From positions 3,410,001 through 3,474,000 of the forward strand of contig OZ037765.1 of the NCBI GenBank assembly GCA_964035545.1: a stretch of 64,000 nt of DNA, in the 5' to 3' direction. The notes beneath the pieces were generated by a model. That model saw only the letters and a program-made list of their open reading frames with translations, did not search any database and had not been told where the DNA came from. Below, piece by piece: positions 22,710 to 39,600 of the stretch. Within the stretch, counting starts at the first letter, position 1, and every line of letters begins with the position of its first letter. Origin of the DNA: Bugula neritina. Taxonomy: Eukaryota; Animalia; Bryozoa. The position numbers and the translations under genes were made by a program.

Positions 22710-25700
22710 TCAAGCTTTGTTGCCAATTGTTGAAGTATTTTCATAGCAGACTGGTTCCATCTGTTTAGTTACTTTCTCATAGGCATGGTCATCTGATGTA
22801 GCCTCAGGATTTGTTGTCTCATACTCAGCACTTTGTACTGGTACATCTTGTGTACCACCCTGATTCTTAAAAGATGTAGGTGTCAGGCCCACTTCTTCAT
22901 ATTCAGGAGTAGGCTGAGCTCTATTCTCTTTAGACTCAGTACCAGAAGATCTTCTCACCAACATCACAATAATCATCACTGCTTGTAAAATAATGATGAA
23001 AGCCATTGGAACACCAACTGCTACTCCAATCACCCAGCCGGCTTCTAGAATAAAAAATATGTATAAATTGTTGCTGGAAAAATTCTTCTTCTGTGCTAAG
23101 TTATAATCCCTCAGAGTAGGTTGCAAGCCTTTTATTGAGAAGCAGCGTTGCAGGTTTGCTGCTGCAACTACTCAAAATAGTATTTTCTTCAAAAGTTTCA
23201 ACATTTGGTAGTTATATTTGCAAATAATCAGTTTATAATAACATATATTACTAACATATTATATACCTTGAGTTGGTAATTCGCAGATAGGAGGATTGTC
23301 AGACCATTGTCCTTTACCATTTACCAGCTCGCATGTAATAGCAGCAGGACCATTTCTTATAAATCCTTCTTTACAGTTGTAAGACACAGCAGAACCCAAG
23401 TTCCAGCTTTTATCAACAACTGGTGTTTCAAGATTTGCTACAGATTTTGGTGTTGAGCATGTGATTGGTTGAACCACTGAAATAGAAAAATGAAATTTTT
23501 GCAAGATCTTAAAAAGTTAAAAAGAACAATATAGTTGAAACTAAGTAAATATGGCTGCAGACTTTTAACTCACATCTTACAGAATCTGCACCAGGAATGG
23601 TGGTAAGCTTTAAAACATCATCTTCAGTCTTAGCCTTGAATCCAACAGCAATATGATATGAGTATTGGTTGTCTAGAGGTCTGTTCCAGTATCTACCATA
23701 TGTCTGGTTATCACCAACACTAAGTGAGGATGGGTAGTTGGTAACAGGAAATGATGCTGTTATATAAACAGTCACATTATCTATGCTGTCTACAGTAATG
23801 GATCTCTTTTTCCTGGATGACAACTCTTCAACAACGATAACAATGGAGTCATATCCTTTCAGAATATCATCAGATGATGTGATGTTTGGTAGAAGTACTG
23901 TAAAGGTTTCTTCTGATGGGTTGACTGTATTATCATTGTTGAAGGTCAACACTGGTTCTAAATCAAAAAACTTCATTGCATTAGCAACTATATATATCAA
24001 TTTTCGAATTACTTAAAGGTTTTTGAGTTTTTTCTATTTTGTATTTATTGCACTTCCGTTAAACCAAAAATCTTAAAGCAACATGCACTTAAATTGAAGT
24101 AACTTTAATGAACTCGTAACCATAAAGTTACTTATACCTTCAGGTTTGGTCCAGAGCACAACTTCTCTAGAACTTTCTCCAAACTCATTTTCAGACAGAA
24201 GAGCTTTAACTATACAGTTGTATTCTACTTGACTATAGAGTGATTCAATAGTTAGAGAGGTGGTAGAAGAGTCAGATGTGTTATAGTAACTCACTGAGTT
24301 TACTGTCACACTATCATTAAAGGTGTTGTTGGTTGTGATGCATGTTACCTGTATAGCCAATGATTGTATATTAAAACAGAATATAATGCATAACAAATGT
24401 CATTATAACACGTGCGCATGAAATAATTTTTTGTTAGAATAAGCCATGCAATTAGACACATTTGCACTGGAAAGAGTAAGTTAATTCTAATGATCTGAGC
24501 TAGTCTACAGTGGGTTGGGATGTTAAAGGTATACTACTGCGCAAGAAATGAATGATGACTCATCAGCAGACATTTGCATGATGATAAACATGAGACCATA
24601 TGTAAGTATGCTTATAGTAACTCTTGGAACACAGAAACTGGTCTATATGAACAAGTATATATAGCAAGTTGACTTGACATCAAAAACCAACTTTAAACAT
24701 GTTCTCATATCCATGCACCTGATAATGTTGAATGGAGTAGATATTATCTGTATAAACTACTGGAGACCAGGAGATGGTAACTGAAGTAGAAGTTCTGGTG
24801 TCAACTGTCAGTCCATCTGGTGAGTTGGGTGCTATAAAATAAAACATGGGATAAAAAATTACTGTTGTCACTTTAGAATTATGTTGGACTACAAAGTGTG
24901 TTTGGGCTGCAAAGGTTTTATGCTAATATCAAGCATGAAAATTTTAGCTTTATCTGTAGGTATCCACTTCCACAACCACAGAACATCCACACTTAATTGA
25001 CAATAGCGTTTTTATATATAAACACAAATCCCAATTGAAGATAATACTATATTAGATGTAATTTCTGCATTTTAACCTCAATCCTATTACATGGAAGGAA
25101 AAATGAAATATTTTAAGCTAATAGAAACCTGTTGAGTTTTATGTTCTTAAAGCATACACATACACACGTATATACATATATGCATATACATGTGCATATA
25201 CATATATGCACACATATAAACATGCACATCATATACTGCAAGAGTAAATTTGTTTTTACATGGCATTTAAAACATATACTACCATGCAACAATTTTTACT
25301 CACCTTTGCTAGTTGTGTATTCTTCCTGCCGTATTATATTCTCATGTCCATCTTGTAGTTCTACTTTAATAGTCAGTTCAAAGGTCACACCTTGCTGTTT
25401 AGTAAAAGTCCATGGTCCTGTCTTCCTCTGATTGGATAATTGTCCACTTCCGTAAGTTAATGTAACACTGGATACGCAGTCATCAGCTTCCTGTTACAGT
25501 GAATAAGAATCATATATAAGTGAAGATATAGGTTTTACCATTATGTTATGCTAAACTTATATGCTTTGAAGAGCAGTATAAAATTGAAACAATTTAAATC
25601 TATTGACGTGTATGTATAATTATAAACCCAATTTATCTATTTTGTTAACAATAAGAACAAGTTTAAAATTTATGCAAGTAAAATGTTGCTAATTAGATTT

Positions 25701-28700
25701 CAATTTTATAATTTTATTCACATTGTCTCAACTGCATATACTTTTAGAGTGTAAACGAAATGCCAAGTCCAAAGTCAATATATAGTCCAAAAGTCTACAT
25801 TAAGAAGAAAAACATAGACTTACAAGCAAAGGCACGAACACAGTAATTATTCTCTCTTCTTCTGGTTTTAGAATCCCCCTTTCTATTATGATAACATCTG
25901 CAGGTGTTAATTTGCCTCTTTCTACAATATATATATAAATTATTTTAAATATATTTACTAAAAAAGGTGTACCTAACAGAAACAAATAGTTTAGACTCAG
26001 GAGAGATAAATCCAACCTTTAGAAAAAATAACGATAACTTACACTAATTGTTAACTAATCTGCTAAGTAAAAATTATGCGAATATCAATTTACCTGCACA
26101 GAACAGAGCACTGACTGTGGAGATATCTTGTATTAACTCTTCACCATTATAATTCCTCACAGTTGATACTCTAGCATAGTGAGGTTGTTGTATATTCAGA
26201 TTACTAATCACAGTCTCTCTGTATTCTATAGAGACTAATTTATAGCTTATTATTGTGTTGAAGTTGGAGTTGTCTGAACATTCTATTTTAAAGTGTGTAG
26301 TTGTGAGCTCCTGATTGGGTGTAGGTGCTGGAAATTCCCATACAATTCTGATTTCTTCTGGTGACACATCGGTATGAGAAAATACTGGGTCTCGATCTCC
26401 AGACAGCTTTAGAATTTCTAAAAATTTTAGGAAAAAAAAATTTACAGCAGTACGCCCAAAATCACCCAACTAATGAGAATGAAAATAATACAACTTTACC
26501 CCTTTACAATTATAGCAAACTATACTAACTATAGCTTAATGAACATAAATATTTTATATAAAATAATGGTTTATATAGATTTTACAACGTCAATAAATAT
26601 ATAGTTTGCAGCAAAGATTTTAGACAAAGCTTGCATAACAGCTTTCAGGTTTCAAATTTGAACATATAGAGAGTGCATCACCGAAAGTATGCAAGTTTAC
26701 ACGAAAAACAAAAAAAGTAGTTTTATAATGCTGCGTCTTGTTAGTTCGCTAAACTAAGAATATATAACAGTAGTCTAATAAAACAAACAAAGTTTATTTA
26801 AGCAAGGTTTTAGATTAAACAATATATTGTTATCGCCAGGACAGAAAGTGATGTCATCATATTGCAATTGTAAATTGTAAAAAATAAATTTATGATCAAG
26901 AATAGAGACGGTCTGATTTAAATACAAATGACTATAAGCTATACACTTGATTTAAATATACAAATGAATAGTCAAACTTGTAGAAACCAATTGAATGATG
27001 TTTAATATTCAAGCCGATATGTGAAAATTGACTATCAGAACTTTTGCTCAACCTATACTGTTAAAGGAATAATATATTTTCACATCCCCTTTCTTTAGCT
27101 AAGCTGATATAAATATAACTTTACAGTTTGAGAAAAAAAGAGTGCTTGCTTTTAAACATTTAGGTAAAAAATGGTTTTACCTTGTGCGACTTTTAGTAAA
27201 CCTAAAGTAAAATAATATATATATAAATATATATGGAAAGCTTTGAACCTGACGCCTGCAGTTAAAAACATGCCTGGGATTTATTTTTGCAATATATTAT
27301 ATTTTGGTTTGTAGTCATTCTACAAGTTACAGTAAAACAGAAAATTAAACAAGTATTTTATAAGCTACCAGGTTATATATATATAACAAATTATTCAACT
27401 TTGTACCATGCACCATATTTAACTATAATAGATAAAATGAGATCAAAACTTGATGAGCAAAGTCATATATTCAAATACTATATAATTATATATACTTTAT
27501 AGTTTTACTGGCTCAAAGAGAACAACTTGCATTTAGTCACTGTCAAAACACATAATAGTTAAACTTTCTTCCCCCCTCCCACGCTAGGATACCCACTTTA
27601 GACCTTCGACTTGCTTAATCAGGAGCGCTAGCAAGTCACACCTCACGGATTCCAAACAACAATAAAGTTCTGACTGTAAAATTACACTTTCCACAAAGCT
27701 ATAATGCAATATATATAAATATTTAGTTCATTAAGATATTACTTATAGCTGTTATGGAACACCAAGTTTGCTATGTGAATGATTAGAGTTTTGGTTATGT
27801 GAATGTAGCTTGTAATTGTAGGAGGAGAAAAAATTGTTGACTTTTTCAACTTTCATTATAAAAGAAGCTTGAAGCTCTACTCTGGTCTCACACATTTCTA
27901 TATCACCTTTCCCAACTGACAACACAAAATTTACTTTTCATTTCATACCAGTTGTGACTCAATCTCTATGCCCATTTGCTGATTACAAATAATGAACACA
28001 AGTAGCTGTAAGATCTAGCAAGTAAAATATACGTGTACCAAAATATACTTAAAATGGCCACAGATCGTGCTGTGCACTTGTTATTGGTCAATAATATAGA
28101 CGCATTGCACCAGTGTAATATAATCACCTGCTATGTAGGCTCTCAGTGCTACTGCTCTAGTTTCTGTGGCAACATCTGAAGCTGTGAGTCTGTCTACTCT
28201 GTTTCTGTTAGGATTATGTGCATTTTTACGTAGAAGAGCCTCGGGATCAACATCTGGCCTAGTTGGTCTAAATGAGACAAGGTTACCTTTACAACCAGAT
28301 CTACTCAAGTCTTCTACATACAGAGCAAGAAAGTCTCCTTTTCTAACTACTTCTGTAGAGTTCTGTACAAACTGAAATCTGATTCCTCCTGTAGATACAT
28401 CTTCAGGTGTGAGTAGAGTTTCTGTAATCAGGTTGAATACAGCAGAGTTACCATATCCTGTCTGTCTCCAGATAGCAGCATATGAGTCACAATAGTCAGT
28501 AGAATGACCAATCATATACTTCCAGCCAACCAAATATCCGTCTGCTTCTATTTTGTAGTTGAAGAGTAACATGAAAGCATGTCCAGCTGACCAATACTTC
28601 ATTATTCTTGTGTTGGTTGTACTGTCAGAGTTATCTGAAATATTAATAATATGTTATGCTTATAATAAAATTTATCATTTATCAGGTATAGTGCAAACCA

Positions 28701-31700
28701 TTTTAATATAAAAATTTACATGCTTGATTATCAGGCTATTTAATTATCTCATTACATCAAATCATACATTTTCCTATAAATGTGTTACAATAAAACATTT
28801 ATAGTATGCTGGGTTCATCCTCAAACGTGTAGCTCAATAACTTTTTAGACTTAGCATTTTAAAGGTTTATAGCATGCAAATTGCAGTATGTTGTTATATC
28901 AGTTTAATTCAATGTTACCATGGTACATAGGATATATTTATGTTATATCTATTAGGAGTTGTGCTCTCTAAAAGAGTGATTAACTCATTTCAGCTTAGCT
29001 GCACCTATACATTCACACTATAACCAGTGTAATGGAATATTATTCAATATATATCTCTGGTTTGAAAAAGTATAGTGAGAATGCACGCAAAATCTGCAAC
29101 AACATGTTCATTTGAGTCCAGCTTTTCAAACCTGCCAGCTGTGCTTTGCTGTTACTTTGTAAAAAAATATTACTGTTCTCTGACTACAATGGCTCCCAGC
29201 TTAAAGTAAGTGTATTTTGCACATTTCTTTGATAAATGTGTTTTTATAACTTCATATACTGTAAAAATAATAAACTAACCTCATTTTAGTTTAATTTCAC
29301 ATTTTTCTAATCTATTGTATTTCTGCATATCATTTCATATTTGCTGTAACGTATGTAGCAAATGTGCCTACTATCAATAGCGTACATTTTGTTCTCTGCA
29401 CACATTTACTTTATAAATACCAAATTTCTAGCATTTTTTAATTTCATTTTATGTTTAATACTTCAGTTCCCTGAATGCACATAATATATTATCTGTATAT
29501 TAGAAAGAACAATATTTTCTCTATGTAAAAGGTTTACATTGAGCCAATAGACCCTGGCCTATATTGACTGACAAAGACGTCAGTGAATTGATAGATAATT
29601 TGTCTAGCAGACAACTGACTAGCAATGCTAGAGTTGCTTTCCATTACAAACCGCGTATAATTTAAGGTGATGGTGAAACTCACCTGAGTACTGTTGGGTT
29701 GTAGTTAACAAAACAAACCAAACAAAACAAAATTTGTGATTGTTGCATAAGAATGCTAAAAGGATTTCACAGAGATACCCAAATCAGTTCAGTGGACTAC
29801 TTAAGGGGGTTGGCAGACTATCAGAAGGTGATGGAATAGAATGTTATCTTGTGGAAACACAAGATAACAAAAGCATTTACTGGAGAAGGAGGTATAAAAA
29901 CATTGTTCAATCAGCATATAGAAAATGTAGTATAAGTCTCTGCGTGGCATGTAATCTTTATTTCATAACTAATTATAATGATGTTGTGATTTGTATAACA
30001 CTTCCATTCTGCCCAATAATCCTTTCTTTGTTAATTTTTACATACAAATCATAATTATCGGGTAATATATGCATTTGCGCCCAATTTGATATTAATTTTA
30101 GACATTTATAGTATTTAGCAAAATTTTGCTAACAATATTGACAAGATTGCATAACATTGGTAATTTTAAATTTGCAATAGCCTAAAATTGTTGTATACCT
30201 ATTGTACTAATTTAAAAATATTTATGAGACGTATTTCTTATATCATCATGAAAAATTGCAATTTGGATGCCTTCAGTGCATGCAGGTATACATATGTGTG
30301 GCACATCGTATTCTAGTAACACTGCTGCAGAGAAATATGAACTGAGACGAGTTAGTCTAATTAATCAGGTAGAACCAACAACAAGTGCATATTAAAAAAT
30401 ATAAAATTATAACTCAAAAAAATTGAAGCAAAAAATAGGTTAAATTCTTTTTGTTGATGTAGAGTTATGCTATAAATAGCATTTAATAACTAGCTATCAA
30501 CATTTTGCTACAAATTGCTATAAGTTTCTTGTTTTAATCAACTATATAGTAACTAAATCTAGTTCCATCATTCAATGTATGAATTTTCAAACTAGGGAGA
30601 AAATTTTATTATTAATCAAGAAGCTGTAGCTATAAAAAATTAAAAGTTTCACTCGGCCTACCTGAATACCAGAGAGGGAGGTTAAAGTACTGATACTGTT
30701 TAAGTTTTTCTGGTGTCACTCCATTATCATCTGAGCTCTTGTTGGCAATCTCACATTGATCTCCACTCACTGACTTCACTATAGAACTACAGTTATAACT
30801 GATGTCTTCATCTTGTAAACAGAAACTCATACACGCTCTGAGGTCTGATGTACTTGTCTGGTTGTATTTCTGTACTCCGCTGTCTAGATAGTAACCTTTA
30901 GTAGCTGTCCATGGCTGCCATATCCCTATTGGAAAAGAAGATATCTGTACATAGCGGAGCTACTCATTACTTTTAACCACCAAATATTTTAGTTTCTTGG
31001 TAATTCAATAAAAGATAATAATTATTAAACAAAGTTCTTTAATTGGTTTTAGGATCACACCTCTTGGGTAATATGAGAATTAGGGAAGCACAATTTATCC
31101 ACATGATGAAAAATGCACAGAATAAAGAGCTTTTTGCATTATTCAATAAATTTAGATTGAGGGGCTATATATCTGTAGTTCATTAAATAACTAAAACTAA
31201 ATTATCAAAACTAAATTTTGAGAAGTTCTTATGAAACCTTCCTATAAATAATTAAGCCACAATCCATGCAGCTATTACTTTGTGTATACCAAACTGCCAA
31301 GACACGCTTTACCCTAACGTTGACAGTAACAGCAAATTCCAGCCATTTTTAAAGTATCTGGTTTGGCCGAACTGGCACTGTTTCCACTATTCAAAAAAGC
31401 TAAACTATCAAAATGTCTGGTTTGTGTTAAGCCGGAGTTAACAGTAGCATATTCAAAGAGCAATTTCAGTTGGTTATTACGCCCACACTACCTGTAAGGA
31501 TGTAGGGGTAAGGGGGGGGGGGGCACAACGGGCCGAATTTTGCGTTTGTTGCTCTCATTCGTCTGTTTTTCAAGTTACTAGTTCAATAATCTCTAGTCTT
31601 AATGCTGCATCTGTTTTCTATTACAGGTACCAGTTTGTTGTTTTTATCTCTCTCACAACTTTCAGAATAATGAAATTTTCATGACGAAAAAATTGGCCCA

Positions 31701-33487
31701 TTGTGCCCCGGTACCTGGGTACAATGGGCCAGTGGGTGGGACACAACAAATATATTGAAATTTTGCAGATTTTGTTGCATCTGATCTTTATTTATTTAAT
31801 ATTACAAACAAATAAAGATACTCTTTCAGATCTACAGCAAAATTCATGTTTTAGCTGTACAGTTTGTGCCACTACGGATAGCAGAGGGAGGCAAAATCAA
31901 ACGCACGTCACTTGATTCTGCAGTGCCATTATCATTACTGTTAAAAACTAAAAATGTTTTGTTATTTTCACTTCAGAGGAACGTTTATTAAAAAAAAACT
32001 TTAGTAACATATGTACTACAACATTCCGAGTGGACTTTTTCCTATAAACTGTAGCTAAGGTGCATGCATGGCTGAGGTTTGTGACTGGAGTACGGAAGGG
32101 AGAAGGGGGAGCAAATGAGCAAATCACAATTTATTTCAGTCAAATACATGTATATTCCCTCAATGGTGTAATATATAATGATTATCATGACTATCTATTA
32201 GTAGCAACAGCAGAGTGTTTTGCATTATGTATAAAATGGCAAAGCTTTAACCTCACCAGATGTATATATTAGGGGAGCTTCAACTTGTAGTTTTGTAGTC
32301 TTACCATATTGATGTCTTTTGATATTTTACAAAAAGGTCAGAAATGGCTATATCTATAGATTTTAGTAACATTTCAACCAACTTTTTGGGCAAACAAACT
32401 AATAACAGTGATCAGGGTGCAATAATCAGGTGGCCCATTGTGCCCTGGTTAGCGTGGCCCATTGTGCCCGGATCGCCAAATTGAAAATAAATGTGCCTCA
32501 GGGAAAATTTATTTTAGTGTTTGCTGTTATACTAGTTAAGAAATGTAGAGGCAAGCAATGGCAACAATATTAGTAAAATATAGGCTTCTTGCCTTTGAGT
32601 GTAAAAAGTTATAAAGCTGTAACAACGTCCTAAAGATTTTACAAAGAGTAGGTAAAAACAGTTTTTTACTCGCTTTTTCAACACGTATGTTCCGCAAGTG
32701 TTGAAACTACAAAGGCTGAATAATTATGTCAATATCTTTTTATGAAAAAAAAATCACAACTTCAAGTCAATAAGTTCTCTCACAATTTGGCTGGCTTTTT
32801 GTACCCCTATGACCGTTGTGCCCCCCCCCCCCTTACCCCTACATCATAAATAATAATCACTTAGCGTTAGATTATCATAAATACTCACCAGCACAGTCTG
32901 GTCTAACAGAGTATCTCCACTGACTATCAGAACTGCTCATAGTAGCAGTCTGAGTATTCTCTGCTAACAGTTGACAGTTTCCATCATCAGTTCTGTAGTT
33001 TGTTGAAGCACATATGAATGATGTCTGCTGCATACACTGAGTTCTACACTCATCTTCACTGTTCACAGAGAGATTTTTTATACTACCAGATGTTATGTAC
33101 GGATCTATTCTACCCACACCTGATGCCCAGTCACAGGTTAATCCTGGAAATACAATATAAAAGAGGATATATGACACTTATTTTAACTTATTCAGTGTAC
33201 ATAATCCTGGCTGAAAAAGTTAAACTACCTTGGTCTCGTGTTTGTAAAGTGTTTTAGAATAGCAAGAGTTTACTACTGATTTATACATTTGAGAGCAAGT
33301 ATACAATACTTTCAGCTATGTGCATGTACACTTTCTGTCCGTATGCTACAGATAATGGTTATAAACAAACCGAATAGATTATTTTGTAAAATAAAGCTAA
33401 CTATAACATACCTTGTGCTAGTACAAAAAAAGACACAGTAGCTAGAAAAAACCACAGGTGAAAACGCAAGTACAGTATTCTCTCCAT
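22710..33487 (-). CDS. Receptor copy 3, intact, ~987 aa
   Basis: Exons 33412-33487, 32889-33143, 30662-30925, 28128-28634, 26094-26417, 25824-25921, 25304-25490, 24719-24831, 24138-24348, 23574-23957, 23267-23476, 22710-23044. Total 2964 nt, no internal stop found. Confidence 0.88.
31505..32839. mobile_element. Non-autonomous TIR DNA transposon with TA target duplication (Tc1/mariner-pogo-like), 1335 bp
   Basis: TIRs GGGGTAAG(G)nCACAACGG / CCGTTGTG(C)nTTACCCC flanked by TA; the empty site ATGTACATC is seen in copy 2 (~20011-20019). Internal GGCCCATTGTGCCC repeats; no transposase ORF. Confidence 0.9.
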
Positions 33488-33773
33488 GTTATCACTACTA
33501 AGTAATGTATATACACTGAGGTAGTGCTTAGTAAAGTTATGCTTCTATACAAATGAATCACAATAGCTAGAGTATTTTACTATTATAGTAGCTGCTATAG
33601 ATGCATTATACCTAGAAGAATAAAAAGTCACAAGACTGTATTACAAGGAGGAAGTTGAAAAACTCTATTCAAATATTCCAATTAGTATTGTATAATAATA
33701 AGTATTTAAACTTTTCACTCCCAAAGTAATTTGTTATGATGAAGGTTGTGTCCCCTGTACTAGGTAATAGCAA

Positions 33774-34983
<1,210 letters not shown>

Positions 34984-36681
34984 TTGACGCAAGCTGGTAG
35001 CATAGAAGTTTCTAGATATATAAATATGTAAACTGAGAAGATATAACTGTTGTATTTTCATATACTGCATTGTTGTTATACGGGCTTTAAGAGAAGAAGC
35101 TTGCGAATAAAAAGCTAAGGTTCCAATCACACATACTGTTACTTACTCTTTCTCTACTACTCAACCTACATAAGCAACATATGTTAAATGCTCAATAAAG
35201 CATATCACATAATACTACAACATCTATGGTTAGATTTTTTATTAAATTTGGAATATAGTATAAAGTACATAGTTAGCAGAGTACAGCAAAATTTAGCTAT
35301 AGTAAATGTTGGCTAAATATTTTACTCACTCACTACTTTTTCATACACAAATTTTTTTTTCAAAATTTATAAATTGCATAGCAATCTGTGCTTTGAATTC
35401 TAAAAGCTACTGCAAGTAGCTTGTAAAGTATTAATTTTGTATGCAGCAGCTATAGATTAAGAAAACTAAACTTTATTTACTTGTTATCACTTTGTATGAG
35501 TCAGCTATAATTTGGCCTTTAGACTCTGCCAGAAGTCATGGCTGTCTCAAATCTACTGATATGATTGGTCAAAATGCATTAGTTTACTGTATTCCCTGTT
35601 TACAAGTTGTCTCCTCTATAAACTGTAAATCTTTGATATAAACAGCTTGATATACAAATTTACTGAGGTGACATTCATTTTTGTATCCGGTAATATAGTT
35701 TTGGTGTTTCTCTTCATCTTGTGACTTTTACTTTTTCTACATTGTTGAATGAAAACTGCTGCATAAATAGTGTGTGACAAAACTTTAATGATATGATAAA
35801 CATAACTGGCACATTTTAATCACCATAATATGATTGTTTCATTTGAACATTATTATTAATAATAAACTTTATATCAAAGTAATTAAAAGCAAAGCGAAAA
35901 TATGATCAACAATGAAAGAGGTCTAAGGTTCTGCAATCTAAGCAACTTTTACAGCTCTCTGATGGTCACATTCTAGTTAAATATAATATATTATATATAC
36001 TCTCATGTGTGCTTTGCAAAGGTAATATTTTAGCTAGGAGAGTATGAAATACATAGAAGTTAAACCTTATTTGTGAGTTATTTTAGAGCTTCCATGAACT
36101 TATTTCACAGTTTTAGTTTCATTATAATAATAAAAGAAGTCCTTGATATATATAAGTGAAAATTAATAGAAATCATTAAACAAGCAGGCAGTTGGTATCG
36201 AATTATTTTCAAAAGAAAGTCAACTTGTATAGAATAATATGCATTCAATATATATAAATCAGTCATAGAACAATTTAAGATTACCCTAGAAAATTATAAT
36301 TGTTGGTCATGCAGTTGGTATTAAATTATTTTAAAAGAAAATCAATTTCTAATGTATAGATTAATATACATTAAACATATAAATAAGTCACAAAAAAATT
36401 TAATATTACTCTAGAAAATGATAATATTGTTTTTAGAATAGCTGAAGTGCAGAGATGTAAGTTCAAACAATAGTAGATATAGTCTAAAAATATAATTATT
36501 AAAACAAGATGTATGAATCTATTAGTTTAAACAAATAAAAACTCATGATGAAAACTTATAAATTTTATAATTCTAACATTTTACTAAAAGCGTAATTTAT
36601 TTTTATATTTCAACTCGAAAAAACGGATCATTAAGTAGTATAGGAGTTGTTTCATCTCAGAACTAAATGATCAGTTATGTT

Positions 36682-39600
36682 TTAGCATTTGTCTCTAATT
36701 GTAAGGTTATTCTCATAGCAGGCTTGTTCCGCCTGTTTAGTTACTTTCTCATAGACATGGTCATCTAATGTAGCCTGAGGACTTGTTGTCTCATATTCAG
36801 CACTTTGTACTGGTTCATCTCGTGTACCACCCTGATTCTTAGAAGATGTAGGTGTCAGTCCCACTTCTTCATATTCGAGATTAGGTTGAGCTCTGTTCTC
36901 TCCAGACTCTGTACTAGAAGATCTTCTCACCACCATCACAATAATAGTCACTATACTAGTAGAATGATAATGAAACCCATTGGAACACCAACTGCTACTC
37001 CAACCACCCAGCCTGTTGTAAAAACAGAAATATACCAATTATTTCTATAAAACCTATGTGTAGGCTATAAATTTTGATTGTTGAAAGGAAATTTAAAGCT
37101 TTTGTAAGACCGAGGCACTAAGCCACAAGTTTGATGTTATAATTATTCAAAACTAAGACAAATGGTTTCATTGTCAAGAGTTCTAATATTTCTCATTTTT
37201 AAACTAATCGAAAATAAATTTACATAACATTTACATACATCGAGTTGGTAGTTCACAGATAGGAGGATTGTCAGACCAATCTCCTTTACCATCTATCAGT
37301 TCACATGTAATGATAGCAGGACCTTGCCTTGTATATCCTTCATTGCAAAAGTAAAACACAGTTGAGTTCAAATTCCAGATATCATCAGACACTTGTGTTA
37401 CAGCATTGGTTACTGGAGATGGTTTGGAGCATCTGATTGGTTGAACCACTAAAACAAACAATAATAATCCCCTTTCTAATTTTGATAAATATGATAACAA
37501 ATTATATTATAGATTATAGAATAATAATTAGTCTTTGTTTGTTTGTTTATTCAAAAACTAAGGTACAAGTAATGTAATTGCTTACTAGTGTGATTCAAAC
37601 TCACATCTTACAGACTTTGCACCAGGAATAGTGGTAAGCTTTAAAACATCAGCTTCAGTCTTAGCATTAAATCCAACAGCAATGTGGTATGAGTATTGGT
37701 TGTCTAGAGGTCTGTTCCAGTAACCACCATATGTCTGGTTATCACCAACACTAAGTGAGGATGAGTAGTTGGTAACAGGAAATGATGCTGTTATATAAAC
37801 AGTCACATTGTCTATGCGATCTACAGTGATGGATCTCTTTTTCCTGGATGACAACCTTTCAACAACAATAACCATGGAGTCATATCCTTACAGAATATCA
37901 TCAGATGAAGTGATTTTTGGTAAAGGTACTGTAATGGTTTCTTCTGATAGGATGACTACATTATCATTGCTGTAGGTCAACACTAGCTCTAAAAAAGCAA
38001 TTACATTGTTTATTATAGCAACAGCTGACTAAACCTTTTTGATTAGCCAAGCTCTCTGAGTTTATATTTATTGCAAAGTTTTTTGAGTTCTGAAGTTTGA
38101 AGCTTCATGCCCCGAAATATTTTTAAAATATTGTGAGTAAATTTTTACCTACCTTCAGGTTTAGTCCAGAACACAACTTCCTTAGAACTTTCTCCAAACT
38201 CGTTTTCAGACAAAAAAGCTTTAACTGTACAGCTGTATTCTACTTGACCATAGAGTGATTCTATAGTTAGAGAGGTGGTAGAAGAGTCAGATGTGTTATA
38301 GTAACTCACTGAGTTCACTGTCACACTTTCATTGAAGGTGTTGTTGGTTGTGATGCACCTTACCTGTAGTCGAAACACAGCACAAAACTAACGCCATTCA
38401 CTTTTGCACATGAAAAAGCAAGTTTTTATCATTGAATGAGAATATAAATAAGAAGGGGTGGCAATAAATAAATACCAGCACAACTTAAACACAAGTTAAA
38501 CGAAATAACATTTATAGGTAAGTATGCCTATGATAATTTGCAGCAAACTAGCAATGATGCAGAGGTATATTAAAGAACCTAACAGCAGTATAGCAGTTCG
38601 ACACAGCTCAATGCAAACACTCACCTGATACTGTTCAATAGAGTAGATCTTATCTGTATAAACTACTGGAGACCAGGAGATGGTAACTGAAGTAGAAGTT
38701 CTGGTCTCAACTGTCAGTCCATCTGGTGAGTTGGGTGCTATACAAAGTAAATACTATTATACAAAACTTACAGTTATTACTCAGAAACTGGGTTGCACTA
38801 CAGAAAGCATTAGTGATAAAAAAGCGTTCAAAATAAATACTATAGCCCAAGAGTACGTTAACTTATAAACAAATAAAGTCGTATGCAACAAAATGTGAAC
38901 TTAAATGTTGATTTAAAAAAACTTCGCCATACATACAGAAATGCTTACAAATAAAATTAGGCAACATAAAAACAAGAAATTTATGATGCAACGTAAAGTC
39001 CTGTAAAGATGCAACACCTAAATATTGTTTTACGCTAAATATGACTTTCGTACATAATTATTATAGTATGTGTGAGCAAAGTTATCTCTTCTTGACAGAT
39101 AGCAATAGACTGCTAGCAACAATTTCTATTTACCTGTACTTGTTGTGTATGTTTCTTGCCATATTATATTATCATGTCCATCTAGTAGCTCTACTTTAAT
39201 AGTCAGTTCAAAGGTCACACCTTGCTGTTCAGTAAAAGTCCATGGTCTTGGTCTCTGATTGGATAATTGTCCACCTCCATAAGTTAAGGTAACACTGGAT
39301 ACACAGTCATCAGCTTGCTGTTACAATAAATGAGTCTAAATAATTTTAGACCTAATTTCAGAAAATAGAAGCAGAAGAAAGTTGCTATGGTTTCAGAATA
39401 ATCTTAACAGTGTAAACTGTGATTTGATTAGGAATTAAATAGGATTATTGAACGAACATACCCTCAGTAATAACAATTTCTAAAAGTTAATACAAAACTA
39501 TACTCAACATATATTCCCCGACCTAATCCTAAAACTGAGTGAAATATAAGTAAAGATATAAAATATAAGAAAACTTACTAATATAGTATTTTAGTCCAAA

